In this document: piece after piece, positions 29,460 to 38,291 of the stretch
How the letters are laid out: the number at the start of each line of letters is the position of its first letter
Position numbering within the stretch: the first letter of the stretch is position 1
Source: Armatimonadota bacterium
GTDB lineage: Bacteria > Armatimonadota > UBA5829 > DSUL01
Reading direction: 5' to 3'
Length of the DNA stretch: 64,000 bases
Assembly: GCA_039811685.1 (NCBI GenBank)
Contig: JBDHZC010000007.1
Coordinates: 1 to 64,000 of the forward strand
Notes under the pieces: model-generated
Told to the model about the DNA's origin: nothing
The model's input: the letters and a program-made list of their open reading frames with translations, nothing else
The model's database searches: none
Translations under genes and position numbers: made by a program

Positions 29460-30266
29460 CTAGCGCTCCCTCACAATTCGGAAGCCGACGAACGGCGCAT
29501 CTGACAACCACCAGGTACTCTTGGGATTCTGAGGATCCGTCGTATTCCACGAGAATTGTTGCTTCGCCCGGGACGAGGGACTTATCTTGTCTGGGGCATC
29601 CTTATAGGAGCCACCGCATACCACCGGCTTACCGTCCAGTCCCATTGCCCATTCAGCGACATTTCCGAGGGTATCGTAGAGCCTCCACGCATTAGGCTTT
29701 TTCTTGCCGACCGCATGGGTCTTCTCCTCCCCGAACCACGAGACTTCGGACAACTTCTTCCCGGTCACTTCCTTCTCCCCCGCCCGGCAGGCATATTCCC
29801 ACTCGGCCTCTGTAGGCATTCGGTAGGTGTGTCCGGTTTTGGCGGACAGCCATTTACAGTACTCTTCCGCCCCTTTGTAGTGCATGTGCAGCGCCGGAAA
29901 GCCAGCGTGCCCCCACCCGTGGTCCGGCGCTCCGTACGGACGGCTTGGCCGCGAGATAGCATCCGCCGCAGAATTTGGCGTGTCATCATCGTCGTCGAGT
30001 TTATAGACGAAGATGTCGTAGGCGTCCCAGGTTACTTCAGTTGCGCTGACGTATAGCGGCTTGATCGGAATGGACTTTCCCCGAATGCTGATCTCGCCAG
30101 CGGGTATCGCTACCATCTCAAAGCTGACTGTGGTACCCGGGATTTTCTCTGTGTAGTTCTGCTGATCTGGCTCGGCCTGCACGTGAGTTGACCCCAGGCA
30201 GGCGCTCAGCCCGGCAGCGGCGAAGGCGATAACAGATATGTGGACCAGGTGCTTACGGTACTTCAA
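29460..30266 (-). CDS. Secreted formylglycine-generating-enzyme (SUMF1/GldK-like) domain protein
   Basis: Signal peptide; TEVTW..Y, RMPTEAEWEYACRAG, GNVAEW and GFRIV motifs; TTG start. Confidence 0.88.
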   Translation of the reverse strand: MKYRKHLVHISVIAFAAAGLSACLGSTHVQAEPDQQNYTEKIPGTTVSFEMVAIPAGEISIRGKSIPIKPLYVSATEVTWDAYDIFVYKLDDDDDTPNSAADAISRPSRPYGAPDHGWGHAGFPALHMHYKGAEEYCKWLSAKTGHTYRMPTEAEWEYACRAGEKEVTGKKLSEVSWFGEEKTHAVGKKKPNAWRLYDTLGNVAEWAMGLDGKPVVCGGSYKDAPDKISPSSRAKQQFSWNTTDPQNPKSTWWLSDAPFVGFRIVRER

Positions 30267-31242
30267 GATTGCTTTTCTACTTTCGGTGTGCTTTGGCTCG
30301 GCGATAGCGGCAGATTCGCACGCGCTCCAACGCTACCAGTATACTAAACTCCAGATGGGCGTTCAATCGCGGATTGTGCTCTACGCAAAGAACGAAAGTG
30401 AAGCCGTATCCGCTGCGCAGGCGGCATTTGCGCGAATTGATGCGCTGGAACAGATTATGAGCGACTATCGGCCTGACAGCGAATTGAGCCGCCTGAGTGA
30501 TTCAGCCGGTGGCCCCGCTGTGAGGGTGAGCCACGATCTTTTTGACGTCCTTATGTGCGCTCAGGGTATCGCAAAGGCCAGTCAGGGAGCTTTCGATGTT
30601 ACATCTGCGCCGCTGATTCAGCTGTGGCGCTCCGCGCGCAGAACACATAACCTTCCCGCCGCGACAGACCTGAAGAAAGCCAGGCAGCTGACGGGATGGC
30701 GCAAACTCAAGCTTGATGAGGCTGCGAGAACTGTGACACTTCAACAGAAGGGTATGCGGTTGGATCTGGGAGGAATCGGAAAGGGATACGCCTGTGATCA
30801 GGCGCTGCGAGCGCTGCGCTCTCGTAGGGTGGCAAGGGCACTGGTGGAGATGGGGGGAGATATGGCTCTCGGGGAGGCGCCGCCCGGGACTTCCGGATGG
30901 CGTGTAGAGATAGACCAGGCTGACGAAACGCACAGATGGCGCACACTCCGCAACTGCGGGGTATCGTCTTCTGGCGACACGCAGCAGTTTGTAGGAATTG
31001 GCGGAAAGCGCTATTCGCACGTCGTGGACCCACGCACAGGACTGGGCCTTACAGACCGCATCGCTGTCACAGTTATCGCCCCGAACGCAATGCTCTCAGA
31101 CGCACTTTCAACAGCGATCAGTGTTCTCGGAAGCGCCAGAGGCAGCCAGCTTGCCAGCCGCTACCGGGGCACTTCAACGTACATTCGAACGGCTTCTGAA
31201 GAGCGTCGGCCCGCTTCAGCCTCGTCTTCCCACCCCGAGTGA
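30238..31242 (+). CDS. apbE: FAD:protein FMN transferase
   Basis: MG, S.YRPDSELS, GAFDVT, DLGGIGKGYA.D, GGD, SSSG, SHVVDPRTG and SDALST motifs; signal peptide. Confidence 0.93.
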   Translation: MWTRCLRYFKIAFLLSVCFGSAIAADSHALQRYQYTKLQMGVQSRIVLYAKNESEAVSAAQAAFARIDALEQIMSDYRPDSELSRLSDSAGGPAVRVSHDLFDVLMCAQGIAKASQGAFDVTSAPLIQLWRSARRTHNLPAATDLKKARQLTGWRKLKLDEAARTVTLQQKGMRLDLGGIGKGYACDQALRALRSRRVARALVEMGGDMALGEAPPGTSGWRVEIDQADETHRWRTLRNCGVSSSGDTQQFVGIGGKRYSHVVDPRTGLGLTDRIAVTVIAPNAMLSDALSTAISVLGSARGSQLASRYRGTSTYIRTASEERRPASASSSHPE

Positions 31243-31338
31243 CTTGAACCAATGAGTGGCCGCGCCAGGCGTCGCAGGTTTTGTGAGCGTGCTGTAGAAT
31301 CCTAGAAGAGACTACTCTAGTTCAAAAGGACCTCTGTA

Positions 31339-33021
31339 ATGCAAGAACCCAATAAGCTGCGCAGCCGACTGACGACCGATGGCATAAGCCGCGCTCCCAA
31401 CCGCGGAATGTTGCGAGCAGTCGGATTCATGGATGACGACTTCACCCGGCCCATGGTCGGCGTCGCCTCTCTCTTCAGCGATATTACTCCGTGCAACGCC
31501 CACCTTGACCGGCTGGCGCGTAAGGGAGTAGAGGGCGTACGCGCAGCGGGCGGTGTGGCCCAGACCTACGGCGCCCCAACGGCATCGGACGGCATTATGA
31601 TGGGGCACCAGGGGATGCGATACAGTCTGGTCTCCCGGGAAGTGATCGCGGATTCGCTGGAGATTGTCTCCGGCGGGATGAATCACGACGGGATTCTTGC
31701 CTTTGGCGGATGCGACAAGAACATGCCTGGCTGTCTGATGGCTATGGCCAGGATGAATGTGCCGAGCATTTTCGTCTATGGTGGCAGCATTATGCCAGGC
31801 GTCGGAGAAGACGGAGGCGAGATTGACATCGTCTCCATCTTTGAAGCTGTTGGCAAAGAGCAAACGGGCACGCTCAGCGATGAAGAACTGCACTATGTCG
31901 AGGTGGAGGCGTGTCCGGGTCACGGCGCGTGCGGAGGCATGTACACAGCCAACACGATGAGCTCCGCCATAGAAGCGATGGGCATGTCGCTGCCTTACGA
32001 TGCGTCCAACCCGGCAGTCTCCGCCGCCAAAGAACGCCAGGCGTTTCTGGCTGGAAAGGCGCTGATCCGGCTCATTGAGAAGAATATCCGGCCGCGCGAC
32101 ATCATCACCCGCGAGTCCCTGGAGAACGCTTACACCTTTGTGCTGGCACTTGGAGGCTCCACCAACGCGATCTTGCACCTTATGGCTATCGCGCGTGAGG
32201 CGGATGTCGAGTGGACTCTGGACGATTTCGACCGGCTGGGCGACAAAGTGCCCTATCTGGCCGATCTGAAACCCGGTGGACGCTACGTTATGTTTGATGT
32301 CCACCGCATTGGCGGCACACCACCAATTCTCAAAGCTCTGCTCGACGAAGGTTATATCAACGGCAACTGCCTGACCGTTACCGGCAAGACTCTGGGCGAA
32401 AATCTGGAGTCTGTCCAGAGCGTGTTCAGACACAAGCAGGACGTTGTGAAACACTTCAGCATGCCTATGAGCCCCAAGGGACACCTCGTTATCCTGCGCG
32501 GAAACCTGGCGCCGGGAGGCTCCGTCGCGAAGGTGGCGGGACTCAAACAGACCAGCATCACTGGTCCTGCGCGCGTCTATGAAAGCGAAGAGCTTTGCTA
32601 CGACGCCATTCAGGACAGGAAGATTCAGGCAGGAGACGTTGTCGTCATCCGCAACGAAGGGCCGGTAGGCGGGCCAGGCATGCGGGAAATGCTGGCTATT
32701 ACGGCGGCGCTCGTTGGACAGGGACTCGGTGAGAGCTGTGGACTTATCACGGACGGGCGCTTCTCTGGCGGAACGCACGGACTGGTCGTGGGGCATGTGG
32801 CTCCGGAAGCCGCCGTGGGTGGCCCTATCGGGCTGCTGAAGGACGGGGATATGGTCACCATCAACGCGGCCAACAAAGAGCTCTCGGTGGCGCTCAGTGA
32901 CGAGGAGCTTGAGAAGCGCCGCAAGGCTCATCAGCCTCACCCTCCGAAGGCGACCAGAGGCGTGCTTGCGAAGTACGCAAAAACCGTCAGCTCGGCGTCC
33001 GAAGGAGCGATAACCGGATAA
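31339..33021 (+). CDS. ilvD: Dihydroxy-acid dehydratase
   Basis: [35 protein letters not shown] and TDGRFSGG motifs. Confidence 0.97.
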   Translation: MQEPNKLRSRLTTDGISRAPNRGMLRAVGFMDDDFTRPMVGVASLFSDITPCNAHLDRLARKGVEGVRAAGGVAQTYGAPTASDGIMMGHQGMRYSLVSREVIADSLEIVSGGMNHDGILAFGGCDKNMPGCLMAMARMNVPSIFVYGGSIMPGVGEDGGEIDIVSIFEAVGKEQTGTLSDEELHYVEVEACPGHGACGGMYTANTMSSAIEAMGMSLPYDASNPAVSAAKERQAFLAGKALIRLIEKNIRPRDIITRESLENAYTFVLALGGSTNAILHLMAIAREADVEWTLDDFDRLGDKVPYLADLKPGGRYVMFDVHRIGGTPPILKALLDEGYINGNCLTVTGKTLGENLESVQSVFRHKQDVVKHFSMPMSPKGHLVILRGNLAPGGSVAKVAGLKQTSITGPARVYESEELCYDAIQDRKIQAGDVVVIRNEGPVGGPGMREMLAITAALVGQGLGESCGLITDGRFSGGTHGLVVGHVAPEAAVGGPIGLLKDGDMVTINAANKELSVALSDEELEKRRKAHQPHPPKATRGVLAKYAKTVSSASEGAITG

Positions 33022-33441
33022 TCCAGGGCGCTGCAGGACTCTGTGCGACTGTTTGGGTGAATCGGGTGAGAGTCTCGCAACAGCGAGATCATTCGCGAGC
33101 GCTCTCGCCCGGACGCGTCGCTTGCTGTTTTTGCGACGGTACACAGCGTTTCACGTCAGTCCGCGTTGCCCGTGGACTGTACAAGGCGCTGGCGACATTC
33201 GCCGCTGAACTGACGGAACAACACGGGCGCGTCGCCTAGTGCACTCTCGCGCTTCAGCGGCTACAATCCTCTCCGCAGAGCTGAACACAGGAATGGACGG
33301 CGCGGGCGCAGAAGGTTGGCCGCAGAGAGCTCAGACGTGGCGGGTGCGCATGGAGGGCGTCACAGGCTTTAGCGGTGAGGGTGGCTGGAGCGCGTTCGCG
33401 GCAGCTCAAGATTTTTTCAGACTCAACTTGGGAGGAACGTA

Positions 33442-34845
33442 ATGGCAACAAAAGTGACTCTTCCCCTTCTTGGCCAGACTATGGAAGAAGGCACGATCAT
33501 CAAATGGTTCAAGAACGAGGGAGACTCTGTTGAGAAGGAAGAGCCCCTTCTTGAAGTGATGACCGACAAGGCCAACATGGAAGTTGAGTCTCCTGCAGCA
33601 GGCACACTGCTGAAGATCGTCGCCGGGCCCGACGCGACCGTCCCTGTCAAGGCTTTGATTGGCGTGATTGGTGACAAGGGCGAGGATATCAGTGGAATTC
33701 TCGCCGAAGCTGGCGCGCCATCCGGTGGTGATGAGCCAGCCGCCGCTAGCAAAACTGACGGACAGAGCAGCGCACAGCCTGCCGTCAAGGCTACACCTTC
33801 CCCCACGACCGGACCTTCGACAGACAGAATCCTTGCCAGCCCGCGAGCGCGCAAACTGGCTGAAGAGAACAACATTGACCTGGCGCTGCTTCAGGGTCAG
33901 GGATCAGGCCCCGGCGGGCGCATCATCGAAAAAGATGTCCAACGCGCCATCAGTGAAGGGCTGGGTGCGGCAGCCGCGGCGGCAGCGGCGAGCCCGCTGG
34001 CCGGGAGGATCGCTCAGGATACAGGTGTTGAGATCGCGGGAGTCACGGGTACTGGCCCTGGCGGAAAGGTTTACTCTCAGGACGTGCTTGCCGCCGCGGC
34101 TTCGGCGACGCCAGCGGCGCAGGCTCCGGCTCCAACTCTGGCTCCACGGGTCAACCTCGGCCAGGTTATCCCGTTCAGTGGACTTCGAAAAGCCGTAGCG
34201 GACAACCTGGAGAAATCAGCCCGCTCGGTCATTCCTGTCACGCTGACGATGGGTGTGGATATGTCCGAAGTAGTCCGGTTGCGGGACCAGATCAAGCCGC
34301 TGTACGCCCAGCGCTATGGTGTCAAGCTGAGCTTCACGGATATTGTTGTCAAAGCGGCTGCACGCGCGCTCGAAGACCATCCCATGCTGAACTCCTCTCT
34401 TGAGGGAAATCAGATTCGCGTACATGACGCAGTGAACGTGTCTATCGCCATTGCCGTACCGGACGGGCTTGTGGCGCCGGTAGTAGCAGACGCAAACCTG
34501 AAGCCACTGTGGGCAATTAGCTCTGAAATCAGACAGATGGCGGAGACCGCCCGGGCCGGGAAATACGGGACGCTGCAGATGGCTGGCGGAACGTTTTCTG
34601 TAACCAACCTGGGCACCTACGGCGTGGAGCAGTTTAACGCGATCATCAATCCGCCGCAGTGCGCAATTCTGGCAGTGTGCGCTATCAAAGAGCAACCGGT
34701 GGTGGTAAGCGGCCAAGTCGAAGTGCGGCCAATAATGAATCTGTGCCTGACCTTCGACCACAGAATAGTGGACGGCGCGCCAGGAGCGGCCTACCTCCAG
34801 CGCCTTAAGGAGCTATTGGAGATGCCCTATCTGATTCTAGCGTAG
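33442..34845 (+). CDS. 2-oxoacid dehydrogenase E2 (dihydrolipoamide acyltransferase)
   Basis: Lipoyl domain EVMTDKA, two peripheral-subunit-binding domains (ASP.A...G.GPGG), FDHRIVDG; GGAGG RBS. Confidence 0.95.
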   Translation: MATKVTLPLLGQTMEEGTIIKWFKNEGDSVEKEEPLLEVMTDKANMEVESPAAGTLLKIVAGPDATVPVKALIGVIGDKGEDISGILAEAGAPSGGDEPAAASKTDGQSSAQPAVKATPSPTTGPSTDRILASPRARKLAEENNIDLALLQGQGSGPGGRIIEKDVQRAISEGLGAAAAAAAASPLAGRIAQDTGVEIAGVTGTGPGGKVYSQDVLAAAASATPAAQAPAPTLAPRVNLGQVIPFSGLRKAVADNLEKSARSVIPVTLTMGVDMSEVVRLRDQIKPLYAQRYGVKLSFTDIVVKAAARALEDHPMLNSSLEGNQIRVHDAVNVSIAIAVPDGLVAPVVADANLKPLWAISSEIRQMAETARAGKYGTLQMAGGTFSVTNLGTYGVEQFNAIINPPQCAILAVCAIKEQPVVVSGQVEVRPIMNLCLTFDHRIVDGAPGAAYLQRLKELLEMPYLILA

Positions 34846-34874
34846 CCGGAACACATAATCCGGCTGATGTCGAG

Positions 34875-34908
34875 TGCCCCGAAGCCGCCTGGCTTTCGGG
34901 GCATTTTT
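34875..34908 (+). terminator. Rho-independent terminator
   Basis: TGCCCCGAAGCC-gcct-GGCTTTCGGGGCA followed by TTTTT. Confidence 0.85.
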
Positions 34909-35173
34909 GTTCCGTGTGCCGCAGCGCCGCAAGACTTTTCCCGGTCAGCCCTGTCCCAGGGCAAGGGCCGACCAGAAAACGACGGCCGCCGCGCTGCGAA
35001 CATAGCTGAAGCAATGCGGGCATGCCTTATGTTGGTCAGAACACCGCGTATCCTCAGTGCCTGCTAACCGATAACACGCGCACACAATAGCATTCTCCTA
35101 GGGTCGCACGCTTGTAAACTCGGGTAACATATTCCCAGAATACCGAACGAAAGCATCTAAAGAGGACAAGCGG

Positions 35174-35629
35174 ATGAGCGAAGACTTGGATTGGATCAGG
35201 CGGATGGGGGTAGAAATACGCTGGGCGGATGACACCATGCGCAGGATAATCGGCGACACGTTCTTCGGTGATGCTTTGTGGGTTCCACGCGTTGACATCT
35301 ATGAAACCAAGGATGCGCTGGTCGTCAAAGTATGTGCGGCCGGCGTCTCTCCGGAGAGTATTGATATTTCGCTCTCCGGCGATTCCCGCCAGTTGACGAT
35401 AAGCGGTGTGCGCGGAGAGGACGAGGACGCGCGCAGAGAAGCCCTGCGCTACTATCAGCTCGAGATCTACACTGGCCCCTTTGAACGCACTATCCAACTT
35501 CCCGCCGATATTCGCGTGGATAGAGACGCTGTAAGCGCTGTCGTCAGCAATGGCATCTTCTGCATAACGCTCCCCAAGGCCACTGCAGAGGCAGCCGGAC
35601 CCCGCGCAGTGCCGATCAGCAGCGAATAA
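35174..35629 (+). CDS. Hsp20/alpha-crystallin small heat shock protein
   Basis: WVPRVDIYET, EI..GPFER.I.LP and NGIF.I.LPK motifs; upstream of lon. Confidence 0.92.
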   Translation: MSEDLDWIRRMGVEIRWADDTMRRIIGDTFFGDALWVPRVDIYETKDALVVKVCAAGVSPESIDISLSGDSRQLTISGVRGEDEDARREALRYYQLEIYTGPFERTIQLPADIRVDRDAVSAVVSNGIFCITLPKATAEAAGPRAVPISSE

Positions 35630-35709
35630 CACATGTCCCTGCAAATTAGCGCGCAGCCTGCTACTGGCACGAGCTCAACGATTTCAAGATTCGGATTGCG
35701 AGGAGAGTT

Positions 35710-38208
35710 GTGGCAATCGACAACATAGACAAGAAAACGCAGAAACTTCGGCCCGCCACGAAGAGAACCGGGCAATCTCAGAAAGAAAAAACCGACACAT
35801 CCGCCATCACCATCCCGGACACGCTGAGTCTGCTTCCACTGACTAAGACTGTCGTCTTTCCACTGGTGGTGGCCCCATTGACGATTACCGCCGAGAGCTC
35901 CGTGCAGCTTGTAGACGACGCAGTCGTCACTGGTCAACGGGTGATCGGCCTTGCGCTGGCCCGGAACCCAGATCAGGAGAAGCCCGGCTTTGATGAGCTT
36001 CACAGCATCGGAGTTGCGGCTGTCATCCACACGATGCTCAGGATGCCGGACGGACAGAGAATGATCGTCCAGGGGCTGCAGCGCGTGCGGCTCTTGGACG
36101 TTGTGCAGACGGAGCCTTATCTGCGCGTCCAGATTGAGAAAGTCGCTGATATCGTTGACTACAACACCTCTGATACAGTTGAGGTAGAAGCGCTCAGGCG
36201 CAATCTGGCCGATCTGTTCAAGCGTATTGTGGAGATGTCTCAGAACATCCCTGATGAGCTGCTCCAGATTACTCGCATTGAGCAGCCCGGGCTTCTTGCG
36301 GATACGATCGCTGCCCATCTGCCAGTCTCAGCGGGCGAGCGGCAGTCTATCCTCGAGATCCTTGGAATTCGGGAGCGCATGACCGCTCTGCTGCGAATCC
36401 TGACGCGTGAAGTGGAAGTCCTGGAGCTCGGCAATAAAATCGCCTCAGACGTCTCCAGTGAGATGGGCAAGACGCAGCGCGAGTACTACCTCCGCGAGCA
36501 ACTTAAAGCCATCCAGCGCGAGCTCGGGATGGGCGATAAGCACACAGAAGAGGTGGATGAGCTGCGCAAAGCCGTCGAAGAGGCGCACATGCCGGAGGAA
36601 GCCGCCAAACAGGCGGAGCGTGAGCTTGAACGTCTGTCGCGAATGCCGGCCGCTGCCCCTGAGTATGGTGTCAGCCGCAATTATGTGGACTGGCTGGTGG
36701 CCATGCCCTGGGACAAAGCGACCCGGGACAACCTGGATATCAAAGAGGTGCGCAAAGTCCTGGATTCGGATCACTACGGTCTGGACAAAGTCAAAGACCG
36801 GATACTGGAGTATCTCAGCGTTCGGAAGTTCAAGCCCGAAGGGCATGCGCGCGAGCCAATCCTGTGCCTTTTCGGACCGCCGGGAGTTGGAAAAACGTCC
36901 CTGGGTATGTCCATCGCGCGGTCACTTGGCAAGAAATTTGTGCGAATATCGCTGGGCGGTGTGCACGACGAAGCCGAGCTGCGCGGGCACAGACGCACTT
37001 ACATTGGCGCGCTTCCCGGACAGATTGTACAGGGGATCCGTCGCGCTGGAACCAACAACCCGCTCTTCATGCTGGATGAAGTTGACAAGGTAGGACGCGA
37101 CTTCCGCGGAGATCCTTCCTCGGCGTTGCTGGAGATACTGGACCCGGAGCAGAACTCGACATTCCGGGATCACTATCTGGAAGTGCCCTTCGACCTTTCC
37201 CGCGTTCTGTTTGTGACTACCGCAAACCAGCTTGACACCATTGCTCCACCGCTTCGAGACCGTATGGAGATAATCGAAATTGCGGGCTATACGGAGGAAG
37301 AAAAGATTCAGATCGCGCTGACACATCTGATTCCAAAGCAGATGAAAGAGCATGGTCTGACGAAGAAGCACGTCCGGTGGAACGCACCGGCCATCAAGAA
37401 GATTATCGCAGGTTATACGCGCGAGGCCGGCGTGCGCAATCTGGAGCGCCAGATCGCCAAAGTCTGCCGCAAAATCACCCGCGCCTTTGCGGAAGGTCGC
37501 GAAGAGACTGTGACCGTTAACTCCAGGACTCTGCAGGATTATCTGGGCGCGCCGAGATTTCCAGAGCGAGAACTCGTTGAACGCACAACCGCTCCGGGAA
37601 TAGCGACCGGACTGGCTTACACTCCTGTGGGCGGTGATGTGCTGTTCATCGAGGCGACATTGATGCCGGGGTCAAAGCAGCTGGTCCTGACTGGGCAACT
37701 GGGAGATGTGATGAAGGAATCCGCTCAGGCGGCACTGTCTTACGTGCGCTCGCATGCGCGGGATCTGCGTATCGATCCGGACTTCTTCCGCAACTCAGAC
37801 ATCCACCTTCACGTGCCGGCCGGAGCCATTCCAAAAGACGGCCCGAGTGCGGGTGTCGTGATGACAACAGCTCTGGCCTCTCTGCTGACAGGACGCAAGA
37901 TAAAGCCGCGTGTGGCTATGACCGGAGAGATTACCTTGCGTGGCAAGGTGATGCCCGTTGGCGGAATCAAGGAGAAGGTGCTGGCGGCTCACCGCGCCGG
38001 AGTGAAGATGGTGATTCTGCCGGAACAAAACCGAAAGGACGTGCTGGAGGATGTCCCTGAAGACGTTCAGAAAGACATCGAGTTTGCGTACGTGAAAGAT
38101 ATATCTCAGGCGCTTGGAATTGCGCTTGAGGAGCCTCGCAACGGACACCGTGCGACAGGAAAAAGAACCGCAGTCGAGAACGAGTCTTCGACCCAGGTCA
38201 CGACCTGA
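35710..38208 (+). CDS. lon: ATP-dependent Lon protease
   Basis: GPPGVGKTS, GHRRTYIGA, PKDGPSAG (catalytic Ser) and GGIKEK motifs. Confidence 0.97.
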   Translation: MAIDNIDKKTQKLRPATKRTGQSQKEKTDTSAITIPDTLSLLPLTKTVVFPLVVAPLTITAESSVQLVDDAVVTGQRVIGLALARNPDQEKPGFDELHSIGVAAVIHTMLRMPDGQRMIVQGLQRVRLLDVVQTEPYLRVQIEKVADIVDYNTSDTVEVEALRRNLADLFKRIVEMSQNIPDELLQITRIEQPGLLADTIAAHLPVSAGERQSILEILGIRERMTALLRILTREVEVLELGNKIASDVSSEMGKTQREYYLREQLKAIQRELGMGDKHTEEVDELRKAVEEAHMPEEAAKQAERELERLSRMPAAAPEYGVSRNYVDWLVAMPWDKATRDNLDIKEVRKVLDSDHYGLDKVKDRILEYLSVRKFKPEGHAREPILCLFGPPGVGKTSLGMSIARSLGKKFVRISLGGVHDEAELRGHRRTYIGALPGQIVQGIRRAGTNNPLFMLDEVDKVGRDFRGDPSSALLEILDPEQNSTFRDHYLEVPFDLSRVLFVTTANQLDTIAPPLRDRMEIIEIAGYTEEEKIQIALTHLIPKQMKEHGLTKKHVRWNAPAIKKIIAGYTREAGVRNLERQIAKVCRKITRAFAEGREETVTVNSRTLQDYLGAPRFPERELVERTTAPGIATGLAYTPVGGDVLFIEATLMPGSKQLVLTGQLGDVMKESAQAALSYVRSHARDLRIDPDFFRNSDIHLHVPAGAIPKDGPSAGVVMTTALASLLTGRKIKPRVAMTGEITLRGKVMPVGGIKEKVLAAHRAGVKMVILPEQNRKDVLEDVPEDVQKDIEFAYVKDISQALGIALEEPRNGHRATGKRTAVENESSTQVTT

Positions 38209-38291
38209 TCCACAACAACACTGGAGCGATCACAGTGCGGGGGTCGCGGCGGTAGCTGTGGAAACCTCCGGGATGTGTCAAAATTGAAAAT

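Noticed and set aside
33055..33090. Cobalamin or c-di-AMP riboswitch resemblance (GGGTGAATCGGGTGAGAGTC)
   Set aside because: The remaining conserved elements are absent and the downstream gene does not fit.
31312..33144. 610-aa ORF antisense to ilvD
   Set aside because: Shadow frame of a conserved, codon-biased gene; no recognisable motifs.
35041..35115. CIRCE/HrcA operator before hsp20-lon
   Set aside because: Only isolated half-site resemblances (TGCTAA, TAGCATTC); no 9-bp-spaced inverted repeat.
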